A stretch of 64,000 bases of DNA from Perna viridis (taxonomy: Eukaryota), in contig CM074524.1 in the NCBI GenBank assembly GCA_037379345.1, positions 5,677,635 to 5,741,634 on the forward strand. The letters are read 5' to 3'. The position numbers and the translations under genes are program-made. The notes beneath the pieces were generated by a model. That model was not told where the DNA came from. It saw only the letters and a program-made list of their open reading frames with translations, and made no database searches. Positions 26,297 to 40,900 of the stretch are shown here, piece by piece. The stretch's first letter is position 1, and each line of letters starts with the position of its first letter.

Positions 26297-26426
26297 ATGC
26301 CGATTTTCAAGGTATTCACGATTATCGTACTTGTAATAATTGCACTATGTCACGGAGAAATATCTTATGGCAAAACAAAACGTATCCGAGGACGATTAGA
26401 TATACCGCCATCTGGCCGTCTGCGTG
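26297..26426 (+). CDS. Small secreted peptide gene, copy 2, first coding exon: MPIFKVFTIIVLVIIALCHG-EISYGKTKRIRGRLDIPPSGRLR
   Basis: Inverted paralogue of 18310-18448, absent from the ORF track (<60 aa). The corresponding donor reads GGAAAT instead of GTAAAT; unspliced read-through ends GKYLDTNI* at 26452. Confidence 0.7.
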
Positions 26427-27214
26427 GGAAATACTTAGATACAAATATATGAATATTTCTTACTTTTTATAAGTATACATTGTATACATAAATGTAAATA
26501 TCTTTTCTTTTTGATTTCATATTGTCAGTTTTTGTATTGCTTTTGTTAAATGGCTAATTCTTTCACTTCAATTAGGATAAGACAATACCGTATAAATAAA
26601 CACAGTCCAGTAAAAAATACAGGACGATGGTGTATATAAACAATAACACGAGAATGAAAATATAACTAACATTGAACTGATTATAAATCGAAAACACCCG
26701 AAATAATAACAGACGGTACACCAATATTAGGAGACTGCAACTTGTCTACATTTTGTTAAGCTTGTTTAAAGAATACAATTTGTATTATCTTTAAATCAAA
26801 AACAGCACTTCTATAGTTCATTCACGAAAAAAACTAAGTGTTAAACTAGGCAGGCATTCGCGTAATACGGAACATAACCGTTTTTAGTTTGTTATATTTC
26901 AAACTATGCTAACATGTTTTCTATGGTTACAGAACAGTGTCTCTTCGGTATTTTTTTCTTCAAAAGACACCAATTATAATTATGATAACGATGCAGTAAA
27001 ACACAAAAAACAACTTAAAAACAAACAGCCAGCCATAAACAGATAAATTAGATATAATTGAAATGGTTTTAGTTTTGATATCTATCCTGACCTTCATTAA
27101 AGTTGTAATTCTGAATAACTTCTCAGGTTCTCCAAAAATCATCTGAACTTCCGGATATTTGCTAAATATTTGGTATTATTTGAAAATAGCAAATCTGTAT
27201 TTCATTTCTTTCAG

Positions 27215-27240
27215 GAGATACTGCAGGAGAAGTAAAGTAA
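27215..27240 (+). CDS. Small secreted peptide gene, copy 2, last exon: DTAGEVK*
   Basis: tttcatttctttCAG acceptor; 26-nt exon homologous to 17897-17922. Confidence 0.6.
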
Positions 27241-28095
27241 TACCAAAGATGCTTTTGGACTGAATATTTATGTTGTAATACTGAGTGATGTGAAATAAAC
27301 TTTTTTAAGCCCTTACCTAATCTTTACACTTTCCCTTCCTTTAAATTTGTTTTGTATGTATTTACAGTTACTTTATGTTCTTGTTATGATTGTCTGTTTC
27401 CCATGTCTATTTATTGTCCCTGGATTACATTGTTTTGATTTCTACTAGAATCTTGGTTCCCTTTATTACTCTTTTAAATACATGTACACGCCTTTATAAT
27501 TGATGGTAATGTTTCAATATTGTGTTACGACATGCCGCGCAGAATTATAAGTATCAGAATCTATCAATTCACAATTGGCAGGGACATTTAGCTACTGTTG
27601 AAATCGATCGATAATAATTGTAAAAGAAGCCTAATAGTAGTTTTATTTTGTAAAAATGGCCTCCCTTGAATACACAAGTTAAGTTAGATACATCGTAATT
27701 CTTTAAATTGACTTAATGTTTCACGAGAAAAAATTGAGAAAAGTGATTGAAATCACAAAAAGGCATTTAGCTGTTTTTATCTGAAGAAATCATTGATTAT
27801 TTCAATATGGATGCAAATATTTAATAATTATGATACTTCTCCAAAATTGTAATTAACATCTTTTGCATTTATATATTGCTTCATTTCAGAATTAATCTAG
27901 AGAGTCTGATATCTGTTTCAGCAGCGTCGTTTCTATGAAATTCACTACGCTAATTGTCCAAAGGGCTTCCCAACTATACCTACCGGGGTAGATATTTAGA
28001 ATAAATAAAGGGGGATTAAAACAAAAAAATACAAAACCAAAATAATAAAACTATATAATAAATAAAAGTGCAAGGAAGTACTACGTTTATTAGTG

Positions 28096-28233
28096 GGGAA
28101 TGTCGTCCAGACTAACAGCGAATATGGTGTGCTAGAAAATACCAATGAATAGTGGCACGATGTAGGGAATGTCGTTCAGACTACCAGCGAATATGGTGTG
28201 CTAGAAAATACCAATGAATAGTGGCACGATGTA
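28096..28233. repeat. 2 x 69-bp near-perfect tandem duplication
   Basis: GGGAATGTCGT.CAGACTA.CAGCGAATATGGTGTGCTAGAAAATACCAATGAATAGTGGCACGATGTA at 28096 and 28165. Confidence 0.95.
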
Positions 28234-28329
28234 TTGAAACTTTATCAATGCCTGGCTATAATTGTTGATACACATTAGTGATTTCTCCAGAAGTATCCGT
28301 TGGGGATCTAGTGAAACGGTTGTCAGAAC

Positions 28330-28530
28330 TCTTCGTTTTCACCATCCATGTAGAGGTTACTGGGTTGTGATATGAAAACTTCTTAAGTAAGTGCTGAAGG
28401 GATGTTGCCACAGTAGTAAAGGAAATTTGACAATACGGAATGAACATTCATTGCGTTTGACGTAAACATTGGTCAAAATCTTTCCTTTCCCATCAAACTC
28501 TAAGTGAAAAATCAATACATGAAGCTGATT
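28330..28530 (-). mobile_element. Old Naiad-like RT fragment
   Basis: TGAAGGGATGTTGCCACAG and GTTGTGATATGAA shared with the copy at 4640-4800. Confidence 0.7.
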
Positions 28531-29669
28531 TATTTAATCTTGGAATATTTTCTTTTGATTTCCGCTCTACATGTTACCTAAGGTACACCATTCCTATTGA
28601 ACTGAGCATTCTTTCCTGTCATCCTGCGAGATGATACAGACACATTTATATTCAATGAACCAATAATGTTTAACACGATGTAAAAATATTTTAAAAGACG
28701 TTTTGACATTAAAACTCATGATAAAATACATGCATTAATTGTATAAGGCCTCTGCTAAGGGGAAATAATAAGCAGGAAAATGTTTGCAAAAAATCTAATG
28801 GGAATTTCAAGGTTTTATTTTAATATTACAAGAAAAAATTCAGTGACTTGCAGTTTTCGTTTTGAAAAAAGAATGTTAGTTAAATGTTCTTTATATAAAT
28901 ATAGAAAAAATTATATTTATTTAACTTGCTGTTAACCGAATTCAGTCAATCATAAATGGAATACATTGGAACAACATAACAAGTTTAGTTTTTGAATAAC
29001 AAGAAATCTGGTTATTAGTTTCCTTGACTAAACAATCTCCCTTATTGCTTACACTATACTCGGCGTCACATAAATAACATACTGTTAAAATTTGAATTTA
29101 AAAGCTGCTTCATATTAGAGATAATCGGATAACTAACTTAAAGAGCTGACGAAATGTGAAAAGTAATAAAAATACATTCGAGTTATCTGTCGTTTCACAG
29201 TCAAGTCCTGAAATAGACAAGTTCTTCTTGACGCAACAATTCCCAAATTAACATTTGATTTATTCCCCTTTCGTTAGTTTCTTCTTATAAGTTAGTTTGC
29301 AGATTTCGAGTACATTGCAAAACACACGAATGATACATGATTCGCATGCAATGGTAGGGTCCAACTTCGGTGAATGATTAAAAGGGATAAATCTTGAATG
29401 AATTTGATTTTTCTCAGAAATCTGTTAACGGGGAACAGCTTTTTAGAAGGGGGAGGGATAATTAAAAAGAAACACCAACTACTTAGGCTTGTATACTGCC
29501 CCAATTTCTATTTACATTCCAACACAACCTCACGAATGATATGCAGTAGTTAGGTTTGGGATTAAATTTAAAAGAATATTTGGTTTTCATTTTCAGAAAA
29601 GCAATGTACTGTTAGTTGATGCAGTAAATTAGGACAATTACTGCAAACATACTTGCGATGAGAAAAAGA

Positions 29670-30210
29670 AGACTGATGGACTGACTGATGGACACATAAA
29701 AAATGTTCATACCCCAATAACAAATCCTTAACTTTGTTACCTCGGGTATATTTCTGAATAATGTTACAAAGTCCAACTACCACCCAGTTTCGTAATATTC
29801 CACAAAAAGCAAGATCTTATGACCTTGCACACCATCATTATGTGTAGAAACATCCTGCAAAAATATTTTAGATGTAGTTCAGAAACTACCGGAGGACATA
29901 GCCTGAAAAGCCATATAGTCCTATTTCTACTGAACATGACTATAAATCTAACTATCACCAATTTCGGTAATATTTCATAAAATAAAAGTTCTGTGACCTT
30001 GCACGCCTTTGTCATGTGTAGAAATATTCTGCAAAATATTTTAGATGTGGTTCCAAACTGTATGAGGAGATAGCCAGACAAACCATGATCCATATATTTC
30101 TGAGTAAAATGACTAAGTGTATTAACTATCACCAATTTCCGTAATATTTCACGAAAATCAAAATGATTTGGGCCTGGAAAACTTCATCATGTGTAGAAAT
30201 ATTCTGTATT
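29670..30210. repeat. HINE/Helentron-like remnant with ~175-bp tandem units and (GACT/GATG) microsatellite
   Basis: AACTA.CACC.A.TTTC.GTAATATT at ~29776, ~29950 and ~30124; ATGTGTAGAAA repeated. Confidence 0.65.
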
Positions 30211-33200
30211 TTGTATTTAAGCGATTGTAGAAATTCATTAATAATGGTAAAATTTGGGATCACCTTTGTATAGGCTATATACTAGTATGGCTGCGTATTT
30301 GATAGTATTTTGGAGCAGGTATCGTCCCTGTGCTTCAACCATAAGAATTATGTACATGAAGATAGTCTGAAAGACAACTATTTGTATTGCAAATTATATT
30401 CTGTAGGTCCAGACCGATATTCATATTCAGCATATTGATGAATATGCTGTTTACAAAGGGAAATATTTTTAACCGGAAAAAAATGAATATGTCACCAGTA
30501 CAATAGTTTTTTTCCGCATCTTCACAAAACATGTAAATACGATTAAAATAATAAATCACTAAGGATTATCTATAGATATTCAGCTGAAAACTACATTAAA
30601 ACCCCTAATATATCGCAAAAAAGGACAACCTTGTGAAAAAAGTAAACGAACAGCATAATCGGAATCGAAATGCAAGTTTTCTAGTACTGTGTATATAGTG
30701 TATTGTGATACATCTTGTCAGTCTAACTTGTATTTACATTTACTTAAATGTTTTGTCAGCTGTACACTTTGTTAAAATAAGTTAAGACTTGCAAATAAAC
30801 TGGAATTCCATTAAAAACTATTAAACCAATATTTTCATGATCATTCTAATAATTAAGAATACGTTAAACAAATGACGGGTCCAGATTTTTACACAAAAGA
30901 AGATACTTTCTCTGGGCCGAAAATACGCATAGAATTCAGGTTTGCTATTCAACGCTGAGCAACATGTTGTTTATTTTTTTAAAACTTAAAGTATTCCTTA
31001 TTTGAGATAATGGAGATAACCGTAATTTAAAATACTAACTCTTTTGAATGGTTTTCGTTGGGTAAGAACGTTAGGTACGTTTGTTAATTATCCAATTATA
31101 TCTATTATGATTTTTACCTGACCTAATTATTTACAAATGTTAATCAAAAATGTTTAAAACGGAAAAAGTAACAAAAACGAGAAACAAGAAAGTATTGTTA
31201 GAAAATCAATAGCGTGCACAACATTTGGGATTTGGGAAATGTTTTCGTAAGGTGTGATCCGAAAAAAATCACCTCGTTGACTACTAGTTTGGATAATGAT
31301 TTTTTTATCCGACCTTTTCATGAAATTTGCACACCATGATTCAATAAATCATAATAAACGCAGTAGATAAATAGGATTTGGAAATAAGTTATCAGATGCA
31401 GTTAACAGAAGGAAATATATAAATTGTCTAAAAACAGTCAGTGTACAAGCTCAGAGAAAATGTAAACAGTTAAAAAGTCTTTAGTATTAAAACTTTTCCT
31501 GATTCAGATTAAACAATAAATGTTAAAAGTACTGTATATGTTTTATAGATTCAAACGGTTGATTAGGTCTAAACGCTGGGTGTTTAATTTTGAATTCGCC
31601 GTAAGTTATGTAAACGTCTGTAATAAATCGCCTTTAGTGCTGATAAATTTTGTTTCAAAAAATGCACAGTATAAGAAGACAAAAATAGTCCACCTTACTG
31701 AAAGAATATCAATAAGAGTTTTCAACCGTTCATACTACCAAATACTAGTTTATTACTATACATTTGCAAATGTTCTTTGACTTCTGTACTATTTTCGTGA
31801 TTAGAGGAAAAAGACGGGGAATATATACGGCTAAGATCTATAGCCCGGGCCTACCTTGATTAGTCCAAACTAGATATCTGTGCCATAATTCCACAAGGGC
31901 TGGTGTATCAAAATAAGATGGTATAATGTATGTGGAAAAACAAGATCTGATCATCAATACTTTTTCTGATGTGACTTTTTACCCCGTGAGTATTCCATCT
32001 GGTTGGTTTATGGATGTTCGTGCAAATGGACCAATTTTAATTATTGGAGAGCTATTTCACAAAGGCACTGTTAAATGCAGTTTATTCGGAAATACATAAT
32101 AACATTTTACACAAAGACCTGGAAATATTATAATTGCCAGGTACTTTGCCAACCAGAAATTTTGAGAATTGTAATTTTCGAATGAATTGGAATGATGTTT
32201 GATTAAAAGATATATAGGTATCATACCAGTGTATCATGAGATTTATTTGGACAAAAAAAATAAAAATAAAAAATAAATAATAATAATAATAATGTGACAG
32301 TGAAGCGGTCAAAGATACGAATGTTGGTCATAAGAAATCAATTGCTTTTTCATTTGATGAAATTAAATAGATCGGTCACTACTTTTTTTTTAATTAATGA
32401 CTTCATCTTTCTCATATCTCCACATATATAATTGATTTGAGTTTCATAACACATTTTTGAGTAAATAGAATAGATACAACCGCTTTCAAAGTCATAATAT
32501 TAAATATTTGAATTAGTTCGATGCTAGTTTCACTGTGACACATACATATATATATTTAGCTCTTGTGTATTATTAACTTCTTGTTTACACCATGAACCAT
32601 CCACATTACTCATTGCCCCCATGCCCGTTTCCCTATTGATTTCTCCGTAGCGTTTATCTGTATATTAGCACATTAATCACTATAGAATGCGAAGTTTTCC
32701 CCAACACAAGATCTTTATGTCATATTAAGTAAACTGAAGAAAATTATTAAACATAGTCAATAGGTTTAATACATAGTTTGTCGATATGGAAAATATATTT
32801 TAATGCTCTACATGCTTACATGATGGCAGAAATTGAAACGTTAACACGGTTAAAACATTTGACAATATTTTACTTTCGATTAAATAGAATATACACGATT
32901 ACTTCCACTGAATTATTTATCAAGTCTATAATTATACGTAAAATGCAGATGTGACATTCAGCAAAGTAAATTGAGCAGAATTTCCAAATCTAAAATAAAG
33001 AACACCATCTTGCAATCCTGGTATGGAATATTTCGATCATACTTGCAAGATATGGAAGATGTTCACACTCCACGCTGATTGTGACTCCTGAATCTAGCAC
33101 ATATATATCGTTAAAGCATATACTTAGAGCGGACAGTTTTATGTCCGAGTCTGTAGCGAAAACAAGCAAGAAACAAACAAAAGAAAAAAAAGCAAAACAG

Positions 33201-34952
33201 CTTTAGCAGCAATGTCACACCCTCCTGGATGTATAACCAGGTAAAATCATTTGCAGACAGAAGTTTTGCACGCTTATCCTACCGTGCACTTGGTCCATGC
33301 TTCCAGTTTCTAGCGAATTCCGATTTTTTTTATTCATTTAATACTGTACTGATACACAGGTTTTATCGCATTTTCTTATTTACTTATAAAGTTAAAGTTT
33401 AAACAAAATGATTGAGAGTAGTTCACTTAACACATAAATACTTTCATTATTTCCTGATAGTAAAATGTTGATTTTATAATGGCTATTTTGTTAAACAAAA
33501 AGATTATTAAGATTTACTCTTATAATTAAATCACCTTGTCGGAACAAGTTTTGTTTTATTCTAAATTCAATCTTCATTCAATTTCGAATTTTATACATAA
33601 TATATCATAATGGGTTATGAGATTGCACTCCTGGTGTTATTTACCTGTTATAAAAATGAGCTTATTCTTAATGTATTGGTAAAATTTCATTTAACATAAA
33701 GCAATTGAGAAAACTATTGTACAGTTAAAAGAAAATATTAAATCTTTAAATTACAGAAATTAAAAATACAAATTTTATAAGTGCATTAAATCTCTAATAT
33801 GATCACTCTTTCTCGTCTGCATTACACCTTATGAACGTTCCTTATCTACCTATGTACATGTAGCACAGCTAGTATTGGAAGGGTGAGAAACAAGTTCTGC
33901 AGAAGCATGTATTATCCGGACAACTTTATTTTAACGGATTAGATAAAACGTGGCTAATAAAGACTGATACGTATTATGCAACATGAGTATCTGGCAGTGA
34001 TCTATGATTCGCTGAAGTGAAGCCATATCTATCAAAGATAACAACGCTTTCTGATAAATGGTTCCTTTTACCCTTCGTTTTGTATCATAATTTTTTTTTA
34101 ATTTCGCTGAAGTCATTCAGAGGGGTCTGGGCCTTCTGATAAAAGGTTGTTTATACATTTCGTTCCGTGTAAAATAAACCATTCAATGAATCTCTTAAGT
34201 GAAGCCATGTTACACTTTAACCAGTCAAAAAACAATTCACCATATATAGCAGATCCGAGGAAATAAACATATGAAGAATTGTTTTAGGACGAAACACATT
34301 CATTGATTATCTTGAGATATGATGAATCACACCTGCTTGGTTTTTAGAAAGACAGTACTTAACTTTAGTGTTAAATGTACAATTTTTATCTGGTAAATCT
34401 ATACCTAATGTGTCTCTTTCAATTCGGAACGAAGCAACATTTATCCTCCTTTTAAAAACCAACATACAATATTATTGTGAAAGAGATAAATTTAGCATAT
34501 CAAAATTAAGTTTGCAGACAATAGAGCTACATGCAAAAATGTTCATCAGTTTTTGATATTTCTTATTCTGTGGTGATTTAAAAATAAATGTAAAAGCACT
34601 TGAATGAATTACAAAATTATGATTAAGAGTATAAAAATATGATGAAATTCACAAATCAATCAGATCTCGAATAATCGACATTTCGAAAATGTGCTTATAC
34701 ATATTGAATCATTCATAATAAACGAACAATTTCAATCATTTTCCACCTGAACAAAACACAAAACACTCCATAAAATTACTGATACAGTTTTATTAAAAAT
34801 AAGATGACTACCCGTGGGTAAAAAATGCTGTTCTCGCAGCTTTAAAACAACTTAGTTCTTGATGAACAAGACAGAGCCGGACAATTTTAAAACAGTAACA
34901 TTGTAGGAAACAATAGAATCGCCTGTCTTGATAATTATTTTATGCAAAATAC

Positions 34953-35302
34953 ACTAGAGACTCTAAAGAGCCACAATCGCTCACCGCGCTCGTTAAACAA
35001 CAAAGAGGGCAATAACTCCAACAATTAAACATGAAAATGTAACTGCAGAAATATCTCACCAAGCTGATCAATTTTACTCAGATTTAGGCTAAACTTAATG
35101 GTTTTGGAGATATATGCAAACATCTTCTGTCTGACCCGATGTATACTTTTGGTAACAACTGCCATGTTTTTCAACGGATCAAAAATCCCCAATCCGTTCT
35201 AAGCAGAACACTGTAAGGAATATCAATACCAAGTTTGGACCAAATGGTTTTCAAATACATATGCAGAACCTCTTTATTAAATTTTTGGGCCAGGTGAGCT
35301 AA
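34953..35302 (+). mobile_element. Helentron-associated non-autonomous element (HINE-like)
   Basis: Subterminal inverted motifs GCTCACC (34978) and GGTGAGC (35293) enclosing a decayed satellite-like core, a layout typical of bivalve HINEs. Confidence 0.65.
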
Positions 35303-36049
35303 TGCCTTTTAACAAAACAAAACAAAATAAGAACAATCGAAAGTAAAGAGAAAAAGGCAACATCCAACAACGAAAAAAAATAAAATTGGCCCCTGTGAAA
35401 TATGTCTGGCTTCTGCAGCTTCTCAAGCCTTGCTGAGGAGTAGGGGCAATGGATGTTAAAGAATGAAATTGTAGTTTGATTATTACCGAACTCGGGCTAT
35501 TTCTTTTTATACGAGCATTTCAGATCGTATCTGTATCATAACGTAACGAAAACAGTACTTCCCAAGGCAATATTTTTAAATGATATGTAACGTTTGTATG
35601 TTTTAAGACTTTGTGGATTTAAAAGCCGAGATAAACCTGCGATGGGAATTAATTCATGTATATTCAAATATATAATTCCCCACAGATTGTTTTAAATGTT
35701 TGATATAAAATTACAAATCAATCAACTTACGTAGTCTTCCCTGTTAGACTGGGATACAATTTAACATAGGACCATATGGATACCTCGAAAGGGGGGTTTC
35801 TTTTATATGAAATCGTACTATATTATATAATTAGGGCGGAATTCTATTCCAGAAATTGCGGGATACCTTTTCCTTGTAATTGTGTAAATATTTACCTTTG
35901 ACTAGCTTTAATAAGACCAATTACATTGCATTCAAATTATTAACTTAGATGCATGGAAAACATTTTGGTAAATATTGCTTTATCATTGTGCTGAATATTA
36001 TATACCAGTCTGTAGTCAGTGATATATGTTGATTTGAGGATGAATTGGT

Positions 36050-36880
36050 TATGTATTCTTAGTACTCACTCAATTAATCACCTAGAGAAGGTTTTCAGTC
36101 TTCTTCAGTTGTAACGAATGTAATTGAATCTCTATCAACATACATAACTCTCTGATACAATATCTCTAGATAGCTATGATGTGTTAACCTAGCTTGCTCG
36201 GTAGTATAGGCAGCCAATACGACGCTGGTTCATCCTGATATTTCAACTAATTTAGTTTGTTTTCCATCTAATTTCCACAACTTCGTCAAATACGAAATTG
36301 GCTTCTTGCTAAACACTTGTTAGGATATCAAAATATAGTGCTAGGTTTGATACATATTAAATTTTCGGTAATTTGAGCACTATCCAAATTTAGCATTAAA
36401 TTTGCCAATGATCGAAGCCTATGATTTTTCTCTCAATTTTGTCACATTCTAATTGGATTCCTTCTTTCTCAAAGTAGTCATCGATATATTTTTGTCTATC
36501 ATCCTCAGTTCCGACCCAAGAAGAAACGTGTTGATGTATTCACTGAAAATACCACCAGATTGGAACCTGGTGTCGTACTTTGCAATTTTGTTAAAGTGCC
36601 ATACTTCATAAGTCTTGTTTACAATATACTTTTGGCAATGGGATTTTAACTTCATCGGTAACTCAAGTATCCGTGATCTCTCTGTCGTCTTCTGAATGTA
36701 AGCATGTACTATGTTGGGGAGTCTAAGCGCATGCCCTACATATTAAGAGGCATTTTCAAAGTTTTCAACAATCACTCTTTGATGTCCTAATACTGCTTTA
36801 CCCGTTTTGATTATATAGGTGTATAAAGATATAACATCGTAATAATTGATGCTTTCATTCCCTTTAGCTTCATGAAAGAG
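36050..36880 (-). pseudogene. Polinton/Maverick protein-primed DNA polymerase B, C-terminal part (decayed)
   Basis: HEAKGNESINYYDVISLY (DxxSLYP motif), YEVWHF, GGIFSEYINTFL, VVLAAYTTEQARL, VMYVDRDSI (YxDTDS motif). Confidence 0.85.
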
Positions 36881-36960
36881 AAATCAAGGGAACCAAGGTT
36901 AAAGCGGTACGTTGTAATCAAAAGAATGTAATCCTGGTGCAATAACCTGACATGGAAAAG
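36876..36960 (-). mobile_element. Naiad-like 3' tip forming the left edge of the insertion in pPolB
   Basis: AAGAGAAATCAAGGGAACCAAGGTTAAAGCGG. Confidence 0.8.
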
Positions 36961-37956
36961 TATGTTAATGTGTTAAGGAGAAATGTCATAAATTGTGGTA
37001 TTTTTATCTACGAAAACGATCTGCTTTTAAACTCATCTTAGGACGTGAAATTTCGTCGATGTTCATATTTTAAGTATACTATTTTATAAACTAAAACACA
37101 AAAAAAAAAGTTCACAAAATTTCAAAATATGCAATAAAAATGAATCACGTGATTGGTTAATCAATCCTCGGTCGGACCACATAAATGTCAAGAGTGCGCT
37201 GGGAAGATGACAAAATTGTACATCCAAGTAGGTCAATGAATATGTTTATTTTTCAAAAAGTGCTGCGGAAAGAGTGAAAAATGTACATGAAGTTAAAAGC
37301 TGGCTGGCAACTTGCTTGTAATGAGATATTTCGGCGTTTTCTTGTATTTCAACGAATATTAAAACAAAGTGATACCGATCGATAACTTCTCGTAGCAGTT
37401 TTCTGGTAAAACAAAATATGCCCTTTGAAATGAAGTATAAATTTAGTAAATCGACATAGCACATGACACTGCACTTTTTAATTTACTAAACCATATAATT
37501 TTTCACACAAGTGCACTGGCGACCTCCCACACGTTGACATGTGACGAATATGTGTGCATAACCGATTCAGTTGCGATAACAGACTACGCTTTGAGTTTCT
37601 TATATCTTTATTTTTTTTACAAATAAAAACATTTTCTTTGAATATTGTAGTTATTTATAATATTATTTGCAGAAGAATCGATAACCCATTTTAAAGATGT
37701 CTTCTTTATCTGCAGAACAAAACATGATAACCCCCACTCTTTGTATGTTATCTTAGAAAATTATCAGATTAACATTGCAAAAGGAAAAGTATGATCTGAT
37801 TTTATGACTGCACACATTTTGAACATGTCATGTACTGTAAACGAAATTCCAAGCAAAATATTTATGATATGAATTAGGTTCTTTTTAGCATTCTATTTAG
37901 GAAATAATTATGTATGTATACATAACAATATTGAGTGTTAGCACAATTATAGAACG

Positions 37957-40900
37957 TTATGTTAATCACATTGATCACTGTACCTGTCCTATAGGATATG
38001 ATTACATTAACACCCCCATCTAGTCATTGGAATGCAGTTATGTTAATCACATCGATAACTGTACCTGTCGTATAGAATATGATTACATTAACACCTCCAT
38101 CTAGTCATTGGAATGCAGTTATGTTAATCACATTTATCACTGTGCCTCTCCTATACGATATAATTACATTAACACCTCCTTCATTGGAATGCAGTTATGT
38201 TAATCACATTGATAACTGTACTTGTCCTATAGGATATGACTACATTAACACCTCCGTCATTGGAATGCAGTTATGTTAATCACATTGATCACTGTACCTG
38301 TCCTATAGTTTATAATTACATTAACACCTCCATCCAGTCATTGGAATGCAGTTATGTTAATCACATTGATCACTGTACCTGTCCTATAGGATGTGATTAC
38401 ATTAACACCTCCGTCATTGGAATGCAGTTATGTTAATCACATTGATAACTGTACCTGTCCTATAGAATATGATTACACTAACACCTCTGTCATTGAAAAG
38501 CAGTTATGTTAATCACATTGATAACTGTACCTGTCCTATAGGATATGATTACATTAACATCTGAACCATTGGAATGCAGTTATGTTAATCAAATTGATAA
38601 CTGTACCTGTCCTATATGATATGATTCCATTAACACCTCCATCCAGTCAATGGAATGCAGTTATGTTAATCACATTGATAACTGTACCTGTCCTATAGGA
38701 TGTGATTACATTAACACCTCCGTCATTGGAATGCAGTTATGTTAATCACATTGATAACTGTACCTGTCCTACAGAATATGATTACATTAACACCTCTGTC
38801 ATTGAAAAGCAGTTATGTTTATCACATTGATAACTGTACCTGTCCTATAGGATATGATTACATTAACACCTCAACCATTGGAATGCATTTGTGTTAATCA
38901 AATTGATAACTGTACCTGTCCTATATGATATGATTCCAAAAACACCTCCATCCAGTCAATGGAATGCAGTTATATTAATCACATTGATCACTGTACCTGT
39001 CCTATAGGATATGATTACATTAACACCTCCATCATTGGAATGCAGTTATGTTAATCACATTGATAACTGTACCTGTCCTTTAGGATATGATTACATTAAC
39101 ACCTCCATCTAGTCATTGGAATGCAGTTATGTTAATCAGATTGATAACTGTACCTGTCCTATATGGTGTGATTACATTAACACCTCCGTCATTGGAATGC
39201 AGTTATGTTAATCACATTGATAACTGTACCTGTCCTACAGAATATGATTACATTAACACCTCCATCATTGGAGTGCAGTTATGTTAATCACATTGATCAC
39301 TGTACCTGTCCTATAGGATATGATTACATTAACACCCCCATCCAGTCATTGGAATGCAGTTATGTTAATCACATTGATCACTGTACTTGTCCTATAGGAT
39401 GTGATTACATTAACACCTCCGTCATTGGAATGCAGTTATGTTAATCACATTGATAACTGTACCTGTCCTACAGAATATGATTACATTAACACCTCTGTCA
39501 TTGAAAAGCAGTTATGTTTATCACATTGATAACTGTACCTGTCCTATAGGATATGATTCCAATAACATCTCCATCCAGTCATTGGTATGCAGTTATGTTA
39601 ATCACATTGATAACTGTACCTGTCCTACAGAATATGATTACATTAACACCTCTGTCATTGAAAAGCAGTTATGTTTATCACATTGATAACTGTACCTGTC
39701 CTATAGGATATGATTACATTAACACCTCAACCATTGGAATGCATTTGTGTTAATCAAATTGATAACTGTACCTGTCCTATATGATATGATTCCAAAAACA
39801 CCTCCATCCAGTCAATGGAATGCAGTTATATTAATCACATTGATCACTGTACCTGTCCTATAGGATATGATTACATTAACACCTCCATCATTGGAATGCA
39901 GTTATGTTAATCACATTGATAACTGTACCTGTCCTTTAGGATATGATTACATTAACACCTCCATCTAGTCATTGGAATGCAGTTATGTTAATCAGATTGA
40001 TAACTGTACCTGTCCTATATGGTGTGATTACATTAACACCTCCGTCATTGGAATGCAGTTATGTTAATCACATTGATAACTGTACCTGTCCTACAGAATA
40101 TGATTACATTAACACCTCCATCATTGGAGTGCAGTTATGTTAATCACATTGATCACTGTACCTGTCCTATAGGATATGATTACATTAACACCCCCATCCA
40201 GTCATTGGAATGCAGTTATGTTAATCACATTGATCACTGTACTTGTCCTATAGGATGTGATTACATTAACACCTCCGTCATTGGAATGCAGTTATGTTAA
40301 TCACATTGATAACTGTACCTGTCCTACAGAATATGATTACATTAACACCTCTGTCATTGAAAAGCAGTTATGTTTATCACATTGATAACTGTACCTGTCC
40401 TATAGGATATGATTCCAATAACATCTCCATCCAGTCATTGGTATGCAGTTATGTTAATCACATTGATAACTGTACCTGTCCTACAGAATATGATTACATT
40501 AACACCTCTGTCATTGAAAAGCAGTTATATTTATCACATTGATAACTGTACCTGTCCTATAGGATATGATTCCAATAACATCTCCATCCAGTCATTGGTA
40601 TGCAGTTATGTTAATCACATTGATAACTGTACCTGTCCTACAGAATATGATTACATTAACACCTCCATCATTGGAGTGCAGTTATGTTAATCACATTGAT
40701 CACTGTACCTGTCCTATAGGATATGATTACATTAACACCCCCATCCAGTCATTGGAATGCAGTTATGTTAATCACATTGATCACTGTACTTGTCCTATAG
40801 GATGTGATTACATTAACACCTCCGTCATTGGAATGCAGTTATGTTAATCACATTGATAACTGTACCTGTCCTACAGAATATGATTACATTAACACCTCTG

